Positions 1 through 14,797 of a DNA stretch of 49,109 nt are shown in pieces. Each line of letters begins with the position of its first letter. Positions within the stretch are counted from its first letter, which is position 1. Location of the stretch: positions 1 to 49,109 of the forward strand of contig JAHDEO010000002.1 of NCBI GenBank assembly GCA_020628725.1, in the 5' to 3' direction. The stretch is from Saprospiraceae bacterium (GTDB lineage: Bacteria > Bacteroidota > Bacteroidia > Chitinophagales > Saprospiraceae). The notes below the pieces were generated by a model. That model did no database searches, was not told the origin of the DNA, and saw only the letters and a list, made by a program, of their open reading frames with translations. The translations under genes were made by a program, and so were the position numbers.

Positions 1-1
1 A

Positions 2-3000
2 CCCGGCGTAGCCGATTTAAATGTTCCGATAACCGGACCACTCGCACCGGGCGCATCCACTACGGTTGACATCACGCTAACGATTGACCCAACTTTCCAA
101 GGCGATGAAATCACTAACTACGCGGAAATTAGTGGCGCAGATAATGACACAGACGATACCAATACGCCACCAACAGATATAGATTCTACGCCTGACGGTG
201 ACAACACCAACGACGGCGCACCGGAAGACAACGTAACCGACAACACCAACGGCGACGAAGACGACCACGACCCTGAAACCGTCCCTGTCGGACAAGTATT
301 TGATTTAGCATTAATCAAAACACTTGCTCCCGGACAGCCAAACCCAATCAATCCGGGCGACTTGGTGAATTACGAAATCACAGTGTACAATCAAGGTACA
401 TTGGATGCCTATAATGTGGATGTAGTCGATTACATCCCCGCAGGTTTCACTTACGCGGACAATGATTGGAACGCAGGTGCAGCACCGAATGAATATTACC
501 AACTCATTCCGGGACCAATCGCACCGGGTGCAAGCGTCGTATTAGATTTAACTTTACAAGTTGACGCGAATTTTGCAGGGGGAACTACTACTAACTATGC
601 AGAAATCGCAAGTGCGGACGACGATACCGACCCAACGAACGATCCGCCAACTGACCTCGACTCCACACCGGATAGCGACAATTCAAATGACGGCGATCCT
701 GTGGATGACGTCACCGACAACACCAACGGCGACGAAGACGACCACGACCCGGCAGAAGTAACGGTAGTTATTTTTGACATGGCATTGGTAAAAACAGTCG
801 CAGCCGCACAAACCTTCCCAGTAGGACCCGGCGATGACGTGACTTTCACATTAACCGTGACGAATCAGGGAACCGTAGATGCGTATAACATTGATTTGAC
901 TGATTACATTCCGGCAGATATGAGTTTGAATGATCCAGATTGGACGGAAGTAATTCCGGGAGAAGCTGATTTGAATGTACCAATCGCCGGACCATTAGCA
1001 CCGGGCGCATCCGCAAGCGTTGACATCACCTTAACAATTGACCCGACATTCCAGGGTGACGAAATCACAAACTACGCAGAAATCAACAGCGCAGACGATG
1101 ACACCGACCCAGGCAACGGCACACCGGACGACATCGACTCTACGCCTGATGCAGACGGCAATAACGACGCAGGCGGCGACCCCGATTCACCGGCAGATAA
1201 CGCCACAGACGGTGACGGTACAGGTACAATCGGCGGCAGCGATCCGACAACGGACGAAGACGACCACGACCCCGAAACCATCCCTGTAGGACAGGTATTT
1301 GATTTAGCATTAATCAAAACACTATCAGCAGGTCAGTCACCAAGCGTTGGACTCGGCGATTTGATTACCTTTAATATCACGGTTGCCAATCAAGGTACGC
1401 TGGATGCTTACAATATTGAAGTGGTGGATTATATCCCCGCCGGATTGATGTTGGCAGATGCGAACTGGATTACCGGACAAGCACCGAATGAAGTATATCA
1501 AACCATTCCGGGACCACTTGCACCGAATACAAGTACGGTCATTTCGATTACATTTGAAGTAACATCGGCAGCAATAGGCGGCGACAATACCAACTTCGCC
1601 GAAATCAGTCAAGCGGACGACGACACCGACCCAAGCAACGATCCGCCAACGGACGTAGATTCCGACCCGGACAACGACCCGAACAACGACGGTCCTGTTT
1701 CGGATAATGAAATGGATAATGGTGACGGTGACGAAGATGACCACGATCCGCAAGATTTCTTCGTAGAAATTTTCGACCTCGCATTGGTCAAAAAACTCGC
1801 ACCGATGCAGCCACTACCGATTAATTCCGGTGATGACATCACCTTCATTATCGAGGTGACGAATCAAGGAAATGTGGACGCTTATGATGTCGTATTAACG
1901 GATTATCTTCCTGCAAATACGACCTTAAATGACGTGCTTTGGACAGATAACGGCGACGGCACAGCAACTTACGATGCCATTTCAGGAGTGATAGCTCCCG
2001 GCGAAACGGAGACAGTAGCCATTACGATAACACTTGACCCGAATTTCATGGGAACTTCCATTACGAACTTCTCTGAAATCACAAGTGTCGACGACGACCT
2101 TGACCCGAACAACGATCCGCCGATTGATATTGATTCAACACCGGACGCTGACGATAGCAACGATGCAGGTGGTGAACCCGATTCGCCTTCTGACAACAGC
2201 ACAGGCGGTGACGGTTCAGGCGCACCGGGCGATACCGACCCAACAACGGACGAAGACGACCACGACCCTGAAACTGTTGAGGTCAATCAGGTATTCGACT
2301 TGGCATTAGTCAAAGTCCTTGACCCTGCACAACCGATGCCCGTCAATCCGGGTGATATGGTCACGTATTTTATTACGGTATCAAATCAAGGTACATTAGA
2401 AGCCTATAATGTAGAAGTAGTGGATTATATTCCTGCGGGAATGTTATTGGCAGATGCCACTTGGCTGCCGGGCGCGAATCCGTCCGAAGCCTTCCAAACC
2501 ATTCCGGGACCAATCCTCCCCGGCGATGATGTGACCTTGAGTTTGGTTTTGCAAGTTGACCCGAATTATGCAGGAGGTGACTTACAAAACTTCGCAGAAA
2601 TCAGCGAAGCCGACGACGACACCGACCCAACCAATACACCACCAACAGATATAGATTCTACACCAAACTCCGACCCAACGGACGACGGCGATTATACAGA
2701 TGATGTAACCGATAATACCAACGGCGACGAGGACGACCACGACCCTGCCGACCTCTTTGTGGAAGTATTTGATTTGGCATTAACAAAAACAATGTCCACC
2801 ACACAAACGATGCCTGTGGCACCGGGAGATGATGTGACATTTACATTAACAGTGACAAATCAAGGTAATGTTGATGCATATTCAATCGAATTAGCGGATT
2901 ACATCCCTGCTGATATGAGTTTGAATGATGCAGATTGGACAGATAATGCAGGTGTAGCCGAATTGAATGTACCGATAGCGGGACCACTCGCTCCGGGCGC

Positions 3001-6000
3001 ATCCACTACGGTTGACATCACGTTAATGATAGACCCGACCTTCCAGGGTACGTCTATTACCAACTACGCCGAAATCACAGGTGGCGACAACGATACCGAC
3101 CCAACCAACACACCACCAACTGACGAAGATTCAACACCGGATAGTGATGATACGAATGATGCAGGTGGCTCACCCGATTCACCAACTGACGACAGCACCG
3201 ATGGTGACGGCTCAGGCACTCCGGGCGATACCGACCCGACAACAGACGAAGATGACCACGACCCTGAAACTTTTGAAGTACAACAAACATTTGACCTCGC
3301 ATTAGTCAAAGTCCTTGACCCTGCACAGCAAATGCCTGTGAATCCGGGTGATATGCTTACGTACTTCATTACGGTGTATAATCAGGGAACTGTAGATGCT
3401 CACAACATTGAAGTCGTGGATTACATCCCAAGTGGAATGTTATTGGCAGATGCGAATTGGTCATTAGGTGTCAACACATCAGAGGCTTACCAAACTTACG
3501 CCGGACCAATTGCTCCGGGCGATAATGCGGTATTGACTATCGTGATGCAAGTGGATCCGAATTTCGCAGGAGGTGATTTACAAAACTTCGCAGAAATCAC
3601 AGCAGCAGACGACGACACCGACCCGAATAATACACCACCTACAGATATAGATTCGACACCGGATAGTGATATGCAAAATGACGGTGATTACGAAGATGAT
3701 GTAACGGATAATACCAACGGCGACGAAGACGACCACGACCCGGCTGATGTATTTGTAGAATTTTTCGACTTGGCATTAGAAAAAGTGCTTTCGGCAACTC
3801 AGCAAGTTCCCGTTGCACCGGGTAGCGATGTGACATTTACACTCATCATTACGAATGAAGGAAATGTGGATGCCTATGATATTAATTTGGTAGATTACAT
3901 TCCGGCGGATATGACGCTCAATGATGCTGATTGGACAGAGAATAACGGTATTGCTTATCTCAATAATGCAATCACCGGACCGCTCGCTCCGGGCGCATCC
4001 ACTACGGTTGATATTACCTTCACTATCGACTCGAATTTCCAAGGAGAATCTATCACCAACTACGCAGAAATCAGTGGTGCGGATAATGACACCGACCCAA
4101 CCAACGATCCACCAACTGACGAAGATTCCACACCGGATGACATCGACAACGGTGAAGACGAGGACGACCACGACCCTGAAACCGTCCCTGTCGGTCAGAT
4201 TTTCGATTTGGCATTGAGCAAAGTATTGACCAATCCGAATCAGCCTTACTATCCGGGTGATAGTGTGACTTTTACGATTGAAATTACCAATCAAGGTACG
4301 ATTGATGCTTACGATGTACAAATCATCGACTACCTGCCACCATACACCACATTGGCAGACCCGAATTGGTTTATGGCATTCGCAGGTAATGTAGCATTCC
4401 ATCAAATGGCAGGACCGATTCCGGCTTACGGCGGCACAGCTACGGTGGACATCACGCTAATCATCGACCCGAATATCGGCAACGTATTCAGCCTCACCAA
4501 CTTGGCTGAAATCACAGGCGCAGACGACGAAAATGGCGTTCCACAGGATGATGTAGACTCCACGCCAAACGGCAATCCTGACGATGATAATTTATTCATT
4601 GACGATGATATCGACAGCACATTTGGTGATGAAGATGACCACGACCCGGCAGTCGTAGAATTGAGTTATTTTGATTTGGCATTAACAAAAGTCGTATCAA
4701 GTACTCAGGTAATGCCTGTCGCGCCGGGAGATGATATTACGTTCACATTAGCCATTACAAATCAAGGAAATGTAGATGCGTACAATATTGAATTAGCGGA
4801 TTACATTCCAACTGATTTAATATTAAATGATGCGGATTGGACGGATAACGGCGGTACGGCTGAATTAAATACACCAATCGCTGGACCACTCGCGCCTAAT
4901 GCGACGACTACGGTTGATATTACATTCACCATCGACCCGAATTTCCAAGGTGAATCTATCACCAATTACGCGGAAATTGCTGCGGCAGACGACGACACCA
5001 ATCCAAGCAACGACCCACCGGCGGATGAAGATTCGACACCGGATAGCAACGACACGAACGATGCAGGTGGTCAACCCGATTCGCCTGCTGACGATACAGT
5101 AGGCGGTGACGGTACAGGTACACCGGGCGACGGCAATGCCAATACAGACGAAGACGACCATGACCCGGCAACCTTCCCTGTAGAGCAGACATTTGACTTG
5201 GCATTAATCAAAACCCTCGCAGCAGGGCAATCGCCAAACGTCTCCATCGGTGACCTTGTAACCTACAATATTACCGTAGCAAATCAAGGTACAGTGGATG
5301 CATACAATGTAGAAGTAGTCGATTACATTCCTGCGGGAATGATAGTAGCAGACCCGAATTGGATTGCAGGACAAGCGGTAGGCGAATACTTCACGACCAT
5401 TCCGTTTATAGCGAAAAATACAAGTTTGGTCATCTCCATTACACTTGAAGTCGGACCGGACATCGCAGGCGGTACATCGCAAAACTTCGCCGAAATCAGC
5501 GGAGCAGACAACGATACCGACCCGACGAATACGCCACCGACAGACATCGACTCTAATCCTGACGATGACCCGAACAATGACGGTCCATACAGCGACAACT
5601 ACACCAATAATTATAATGGTGATGAAGATGACCACGACCCCGCAGAAGTATTTATTGAAATATTTGATTTGGCATTGGTCAAAACAGTATCAAGCGCACA
5701 AACCTTCCCCGTAGCACCGGGCGATAACGTGACCTTTACATTGACCGTAACAAATCAAGGAAATATAGATGCGTATAATATCGAATTAGCGGATTACATT
5801 CCGGCGGATATGAGCTTGAATGATGCAGATTGGACAGACAATGCAGGCCTAGCCGAGTTGAATGTACCAATCCCCGGACCACTTGCGCCCGGCTTCTCGA
5901 CTTCCGTTGACATCACGCTAATGATAGACTCTAATTTCCAAGGCGAATCTATCACCAATTATGCGGAAATCAGCGGCGCAGACGACGACCAAGATCCGAA

Positions 6001-9000
6001 TAATACGCCGCCGAACGACGAAGATTCTACACCTGATAGCGACAACACCAACGATGGCGCACCGGAAGATAACGTAACCGATAATACCAACGGCGACGAA
6101 GACGACCACGACCCTGAGACGATTCCTGTTGGTCAGTCTTTCGACCTCGCTTTGGTCAAAACACTTGACCCTGCACAGCCAAATCCGGTCATGCCGGGTG
6201 ATATGGTAACGTACAACATTACCGTCATCAATCAGGGTACATTGGATGCCTATAATGTGGACGTAGTGGATTACGTACCAAGCGGTTTCACATTGGCAGA
6301 TGCCAACTGGTCGCCGGGTGCAGTCACCTCTGAAGTATATCAATTGATTCCGGGACCAATCGCTCCGGGCGATGCGGTGACACTATCCTTGACCTTACAA
6401 GTGGACTTGGATTACGCAGGTGGCACGTCAACCAACTTCGCAGAAATCAGCGAAGCGGACGACGATACCGACCCGACCAACACGCCACCACAAGACGTAG
6501 ATTCGACACCGGATAATGACAATACCAACGATGGCACACCGGAAGATGACGACACCAATAATACCAACGGTGACGAAGACGACCACGACCCCGCAGATAT
6601 TACGGTTGAAATCTTTGACCTCGCATTGGTCAAAACAGTTGCGGACGCACAAACCTTCCCCGTATATCCGGGCGATAATGTGACCTTTAAGTTGACTGTA
6701 ACAAATCAAGGTACGATTGACGCATACAATATTGCACTCGTGGATTACATCCCGATTGACATGAGTTTGAATGATGCCGATTGGACGGAAAATACACCGG
6801 GTATTGCTGATTTGAATATGCCGATTGCCGGACCATTGGCTCCGGGCGCGTCGATGTCAGTGGATATTACATTCACCATCGATCCGAATTTCCAAGGAGA
6901 GGAAATCACCAACTTCGCAGAAATCAGCGAAGCGGATAACGACAACGACCCGACCAACGGCACACCGGACGACATCGACTCCACACCGGACAACGACAAC
7001 AATAACGACGGCGCACCGGAAGACAACATCACCGACAATACCAACGGCGATGAAGACGACCACGACCCTGAGACGATTCCTGTCGGTCAGATTTTTGACT
7101 TGGCATTAATCAAGACCCTATCGGCTGGTCAGTCTCCGAATGTCTCTATCAGCGACCAAGTGACGTATAATATTACAGTGGCAAATCAAGGAACACTTGA
7201 TGCCTATAACATAGAAGTAGTCGATTATATTCCTGCGGGAATGATTATGGTAGATGCCAATTGGACGCCGGGACAAGTAGCGAATGAATACTTCACTACG
7301 ATTCCGTTCCTCGCATCCAACACAAGCACTGTCATTACCATTACGCTTGAAGTCGGACCTGACATCACAGGCGGTACATCACAAAACTTCGCCGAAATCA
7401 GCGGTGCAGACGACGATACCGACCCGAACAATACGCCGCCGACTGATATAGATTCGACACCGGACGACGACGATACCAACGACGGTCCATACTCAGACAA
7501 CTACACCAACAACTTCAACGGTGATGAGGACGACCACGACCCGGCAGAAGTGTTCATTGAAATATTCGACTTGGCATTAACTAAGGTACTTGACCCGAAC
7601 CAGCCGATGCCAATTGCCCCCGGCGATGAAATTACCTTCTTAATTGAGGTGACAAATCAGGGTAATATCGACGCTTACGACATCGTATTGACCGATTACA
7701 TACCGGCAGGAACGACATCAAGTTCAGCTTTCTGGACGGATAATGGTAACGGTACAATGACCTATAATTCGATTCCGGGACCAATTGCTCCCGGCAATTC
7801 GGCAACCGTTATCGTGCAGGTGACTGTGGATAATAATTTTGCAGGAACAAGCCTGACAAATTACGCGGAAATCACAAGCGCAGACGATGACCTCGATCCG
7901 AATAATACCCCACCAACGGATATCGACTCTACACCGGATGCAGACAATACAAATGACGCAGGTGGTTCACCGGATTCACCTTCGGATGATAGCACAGGCG
8001 GAGACGGCACAGGTACACCGGGAGATGAGAATGCAGCAACCGACGAGGACGACCACGACCCTGTCACCGTACCGATTGAGCAAGTATTTGATTTGGCATT
8101 AACCAAAACACTACTCAATCCGAATGATACGTATTACATTGGTGATGATGCTACTTTTGAAATTGAAGTAACGAATCAAGGTACATTGGATGCTTATAAT
8201 GTGGAAATCGTAGATTACATTCCGGCTGGCTTGACGCTCAATGATGCCAATTGGACAACAGGATTCGGAAACGAAGCCTTCACCACAATCGCAGGACCAA
8301 TCGCCGCTTACGGTGGCACAACAACGGTCACGATTACAACGACAATTGACGCAACATTCGCAGGAGGTACACTCACGAATTTTGCTGAAATCGCAGGTGC
8401 AGAAGATGAAGACGGCAATCCGCAGGATGACGTGGATTCTACACCGGACAATGACCCGACTAACGACGGAGACTACACCGACGATGTGACGGACAATACC
8501 AACGGTGACGAAGACGACCACGATCCAGCAGACATCACAGTAGATGTATTTGACTTGGCACTCTTGAAAGACTTGTCGCCAAATCAGGCATTGCCCGTAT
8601 TCCCCGGACAAGATGTGACTTTCGTATTCACTATCTTCAATCAAGGTACGGTGACTGCTCAAAATGTAACTGTTACGGATTACATCCCCGCAGGCTACGT
8701 CTTGAATCATAGCGATTGGACGGCGGTAAGCGCATCAGAGGCGAATATCCTTGTACCCGGACCGATAGTACCGGGCGGAGGTACCACAGTTGAAATTACC
8801 CTCACCGTACAAGCAGGTGCAACAGGTAATGATTTGGTAAATGTTGGTGAAATTTCCAACGCGGAAGACATCGAAGGCAATACGCCACCCGACACCGACT
8901 CTACACCGGATAATGACGACAGCAACGACCCAACTGTGGACGGCGTAACCGACGGCACAGGTGGTGATGAAGATGATAGCGACCCGGCTACCGTTCCGGT

Positions 9001-12000
9001 CAGTTCGTTTGATTTAGCATTAAATAAAGTATTGAGTGATCCGGCAACAGGCGGACCTGTACAATCAGGTGATGACATCACGTTCACCATTTTCGTACAC
9101 AATCAAGGTACGGAAGATGCGTACAACATACTCGTCACCGATTACATCCCGTCTGACCTCACATTGAATGATGCGGACTGGACATCGGTAAGCGCGACAG
9201 AAGCGAATATCGTCATTCCGGGACCAATTTCTGCAGGTACAAGCCAGTCAGTGGATATTACCCTCACCGTTAATCCGAATGTAAGCGGCAATCTGACGAA
9301 TTATGCAGAGATTTCTGATGCAGAGGATGAAAACGGCAACCACCCAACCGATGCAGATTCTACACCGGATAACGATCCGAATAATGATGGTACGGTTGAA
9401 GATGATGAAATATTTGAAAATGGTCAAAATGGTAACGACGAAGACGACCACGATCCGGCAAGTGTATTTGTAGGCGAATTTGACCTCGCACTAACGAAAA
9501 CATTAGCAGGCGGACAGGCTTCAACGGTTTCCGTAGGTGACTTAGTTACCTTCCAAATTGAAGTCTTCAATCAAGGAGATTTCGACGCGGCGGATATTGA
9601 AATTACAGATTACATTCCTGCTGGATTTACATTAGCAGACCCGAATTGGGTTAGTGTAGATGCTTCAACAGCAACGACAACGATAGCCGGACCAATTACG
9701 GTCAATAGCAGTGCAATTGTAACGATTGTTCTTGAAGTAACACCGGATGTCACGGCAGGTAATCATACGAATTACGCAGAAATTTCTTACGCGGAAGATA
9801 CCAACGACAATCCGCAAAACGATGTGGATTCAACCCCCGACGGCGACAATAGCAATGATGCAGGTGGTTCACCCGATTCACCTTCGGATAATAGCATAGG
9901 CGGTGACGGCTCCGGTACTCCGGACGATACCAACGCCGCTACGGACGAAGACGACCACGACCCGGCGAATATTAATGTTGAAGTATTTGATTTAGCATTA
10001 ACAAAAGTATTGACTGATACAACGGTCAATTACTATCCGGGTGGAATTGTGACCTTTACTATCGAAGTATTCAATCAAGGTTCGATTGACGCTTATAATG
10101 TAGAACTTATTGACTACATCCCAAGCGGTTTGATTTTGAATGATAATGATTGGACGACCTTCACAGGCAGCGAAGCAGTCACTACAATTCCGGGACCAAT
10201 CGCCGTAGGCACAAGTACAACGGTGGATATTACATTCACCATTGACCCGAACATCACAAGTGCTGATTCGGTGACTAATTTCAGTGAAATCACAGGAGGA
10301 GAAGATGTCGATGGCAATCCGCAAGACGATGTAGATTCTGATTCGGATAATGACCCGACCAACGACGGCACACCCGACGACAACACTACCGACGGCTCGA
10401 ATGGCGATGAAGACGACCACGATCCGGCTACTGTTGATATTGAAATATTCGACTTAGCATTGACGAAAGTCTTGGCGAATCCGACAGCGACCTACTTCCC
10501 CGGCGATACGGTTGTGTTTACACACGAAGTGTTCAATCAAGGTACTGTAGATGCTTATAATATTAATGTAGCGGATTACATTCCGGCAGGATTGATGTTA
10601 GCAGATAGTGATTGGTGGCTAATAAGCGGTACAGCTTACACGACTATTGACGGACCAATCGCTGTAGGCGCGAGTGAAACTGTTGACATTACATTCATCA
10701 TTGACCCGAATCTATCAAGCGAAAGTTCAATAACGAATTTCGGTGAAATAGTCGGTGCAGAAGATGAAGACGGTCAAAAACCGGATGACATAGACTCAGA
10801 AGGTGATGCCAACGACGGCAATGATGCAGGTGGTCAGCCGAATTCATCTGCGGATAACAGCACAGGCGGTGACGGCACAGGCACACCGGGCAACGACGAT
10901 CCGAATACAGATGAAGACGACCACGATCCGGCTCAAGTCAATGTGGATATATTCGACTTGGCATTAGTGAAAACATTAGCTGACCCGACGGCTACTTACA
11001 CCGTCGGAAGCGATGTCACCTTTAATATCGAGGTCATCAATCAAGGTACAGCCGATGCATACAATGTTGACGTAGTGGATTACATCCCAACTGGTTTAAT
11101 CCTAAATGATGCAGGCTGGAGTCTCCTCAATGCAGGTACAGCTACAAGGTCGATTACCGGACCGATACCTCCGGGTGCATCAGAGCTATTGAGTATTACC
11201 TTCACCATTGACCCGAACCTACCGGGAAGTATTACTTCACTGGAAAACTTCGCGGAAATCAGCGGTGCAGAAGATGCCAACAATAATCCGGCAACAGACA
11301 TCGACTCTACACCGGATAGTGATGATACGAATGATGCAGGCGGCACATCAGGTACGCCTTCGGATGATGCTACGGGCGGCAACGGTACAGGTACACCCGG
11401 CGACGGCAATGCCTCAACGGATGAAGACGACCACGACCCCGCAGTCGTACCGATTAGTACATTCGACTTGGCATTGACGAAGATGTTGGCAGGCGGTCAA
11501 AGTCCGGTAATTGCTCCGGGTGACTTTGTGACCTTCCAGATTACAGTCATCAATCAAGGTGATATTGATGCAACGGATGTCGTCATTAGCGATTATATCC
11601 CGGCAGGATTCACATTGGCAGATAATGACTGGACATTTATCAATGCTGCGAGAGCAACCTACGTTATTACAGGAGTGATTACCGCAGGTAGCATTGAGAC
11701 GGTTGAAATTACGCTACAGGCAGGGAACAATCTGAGTGGAGATTACACCAACTATGCCGAAATTTCTCATGCAGAAGATACAAATGGTAATTGGATGGAT
11801 GATGCCGATATTGACTCTACACCTGATGGTGATAATACCAATGATGCAGGTGGTGATCCTAATTCACCTGCGGATGACGCTACGGGTGGTGATGGTTCCG
11901 GTACTATCGGTAATGGTAATCCATTTACAGATGAAGACGACCATGATCCGGCTACTGTCACAGTACAATACTTCGACTTGGCATTGACTAAAGTATTGAC

Positions 12001-14797
12001 AGGTTCGCAAGTATATTACAATCCGGGTGATATGGTAACGTTCCAAATTGAAGTATTCAATCAAGGTACAATAGATGCACATAATGTAGTTGTAACTGAC
12101 TATCCGCCGGCAGGACTGACACTTGCAGACGCTGATTGGACGCAAGCCTTCAATGGTGATATTTTCTATCAAATTGATGGACCAATTGCACCGAATACAT
12201 CCGTTACTGTAGACATTACATTTATGATTGACCCGAATGTGACGGCTACCAGTCTTGTTAATTTCGCTGAAATAGCAGATGCGGAAGACGCCATCGGCAA
12301 TCATCCGAATGATATTGATTCTGAGCCAAATACCGACCCGAATGATGACACGCTCGTATTGGATGACGATACGGACAGCACACTCGGCGACGAAGACGAT
12401 CACGACCCGGCAGAGGTCTTGATTGGTGACCAAATATTTGACTTGGCACTCACGAAAGTATTGGCAAATCCGAACGCGACTTATTTCGCAGGAGATGATG
12501 TGACTTTTACTATTGAAGTGACGAATCAAGGTACGGTAGATGCCTACAATGTCAGCATCGTGGATTACATCCCCGCAGGTATGACACTCAACGATAGTGA
12601 CTGGACACTTGCCTTCGGCAACGAAGCATTTACCAATATCGCAGGACCAATCGCTGCCAATGGTGGCACGGCTACGGTAGACATCACGCTCACGATTGAT
12701 GCGAATACAAGTTTACAAAACTTCACCAACTACGCAGAAATCAATAGCGCAGAAGATGTCAATGGCAATCCACAAGATGATGTAGATTCTACGCCTGACA
12801 ATAATCCGGGTAACGACCCATTATTGGCAGACGATGACATCAACAGTACAGGTGGTGACGAAGACGACCACGACCCAGCTAACGTTTCATTGAGCGTATT
12901 TGATTTGGCATTGGTCAAAACATTAAGTGCGACACAGAATATGCCTATTGGCGTCGGCAGTGATGTTACATTTACATTGACCATTACAAATCAGGGTAAT
13001 GTGGATGCATACAACGTGAATATTGCAGATTACATTCCAACAGGACTCATTTTGAATGATAATGATTGGATTGAAAATACACAGGGTATAGCAGAATTGT
13101 TCTTCCCGATTAGCGGACCGATTGCTGCGGGTAGTTCGTATAATGTGGATATTACCTTCACCGTCGATCCTGCATTCACAGGTAATTCAATTACCAATTA
13201 TGCAGAAATCAGCGAAGCGGATAATGATACAAATACGGCGAATACGCCACCGACAGACAGCGATTCGACACCGGATAGCAACAATACAAACGACGCAGGT
13301 GGCACACCTGACAGCCCTGCTGATGATAGTACAAACGGTGACGGCTCAGGTAATCCGGGCGATGTAGATGCAGCTACGGATGAAGACGACCACGATCCGG
13401 CAACGATTCAGATAGAGCAAATATTTGACCTTGCCTTAACGAAAGTATTGGCAAATCCAACGGGTAATTACTACGCCAATGACGATGTGACCTTCACCAT
13501 TGAGGTGACCAATCAAGGTACGATTGATGCATATAATGTAGACATCATCGACTACATCCCAACGGGCATGTTCTTGAATGATACTGATTGGGTCGCAGGT
13601 CCGCAACCGAATACGGCACTGGCTACTATCGCCGGACCGATTACACCGGGCAATAGCGCGATGATTGACATTACTTTGAGACTTGACTCATTGAGTGGTA
13701 CGCCTACATTGACCAACTTCGCCGAAATCAGTGATGCGGAAGATGTGGATGGTAATTCACCGGATGATATAGACTCAGATGCAGATACTGACGACCTCAA
13801 TGATGGTTTCTATGTAGATAATGAAATAGATAATGGAAGTGGTGACGAAGACGACCACGACCCGGCGGATGTGACCTTGCAGGTGTTTGACCTTGCATTA
13901 CTCAAAAATCTTTCGCCAACACAATCACTACCTGTGTTTGAAGGTCAGGATGCTACATTTGTCATCACTGTTTACAATCAAGGTACGGTAGATGCTACGA
14001 ATGTAACGATTACGGATTACATTCCGGCAGGCTTCCTGTTGAATGATAGCGACTGGACATCAGTAAGCCCAAGCGAGGCATACATTGTTATTACAGATGT
14101 GATACCTGTCGGTGGCAGCTACGATGTAGAAGTCACAATGACAGTACAGCCCGGTGCAGCAGGTTCGGATTTGGTCAACTTTGCTGAAATCAGCGAAGCC
14201 GAAGATACACAAGGCAACATGCCGGAAGATGTAGATAGTACACCTGATACCAATAACGTAGATGATTGGGTAGATGGCGTCACTGACAATACGAGTGGCG
14301 ACGAAGACGACCACGATCCGGCTCAATTGCCTGTGGGCGTATTCGATGTAGCATTGAGTAAAGTAATACTATTGCCATCAGCAGGTATTCCTGTCAATCA
14401 GGGTGACGTGGTGATATTCGGATTATACATTTATAATCAAGGTACGGATACGGTTCAAAATGTAAAATTGACCGACTACATACCGGCTGAACTAACGCTT
14501 GCAGATCCGGATTGGACACAGATAAGCGCAACAGAAGCGACTTACGTACATCCTACGCCAATAGCTCCGGGCGATAGAGGTTTAGTACACATTCGATTCA
14601 TTGTCAATGATGTATCAAATGGTATTATTACCAACTACGCAGAAATCAGCGATGCCGAAGATACCAATGGCAACCATCCGATTGATGTGGATTCTACGCC
14701 GGATAATGACAACACCAATGATGGTCCTGTAGATGACAACGAAATCTTCGGAGACGGACAAAATGGTAACGACGAAGACGACCACGACATTGAAGAA
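2..14797 (+). repeat. In-frame tandem array of 31 units (1 partial + 30 complete), each about 460-540 bp (155-180 aa).
   Basis: I counted 30 FD(L/M/V)AL unit starts plus the partial unit at the window edge. The array ends at ..GNDEDDHDIEEIP (about 14797). The 26-mer aacggcgacgaagacgaccacgaccc is identical at 248-273, 725-750, 3716-3741 and 6089-6114, and near-identical in most other linkers. Confidence 0.9.

Noticed and set aside
2-14797. The regular ~480-bp periodicity could be mistaken for a CRISPR-like or satellite array.
   Set aside because: The period is far longer than CRISPR repeat-spacer units. The whole array is one continuous open reading frame with a protein-domain consensus, and there are no short identical repeats separated by unique spacers.
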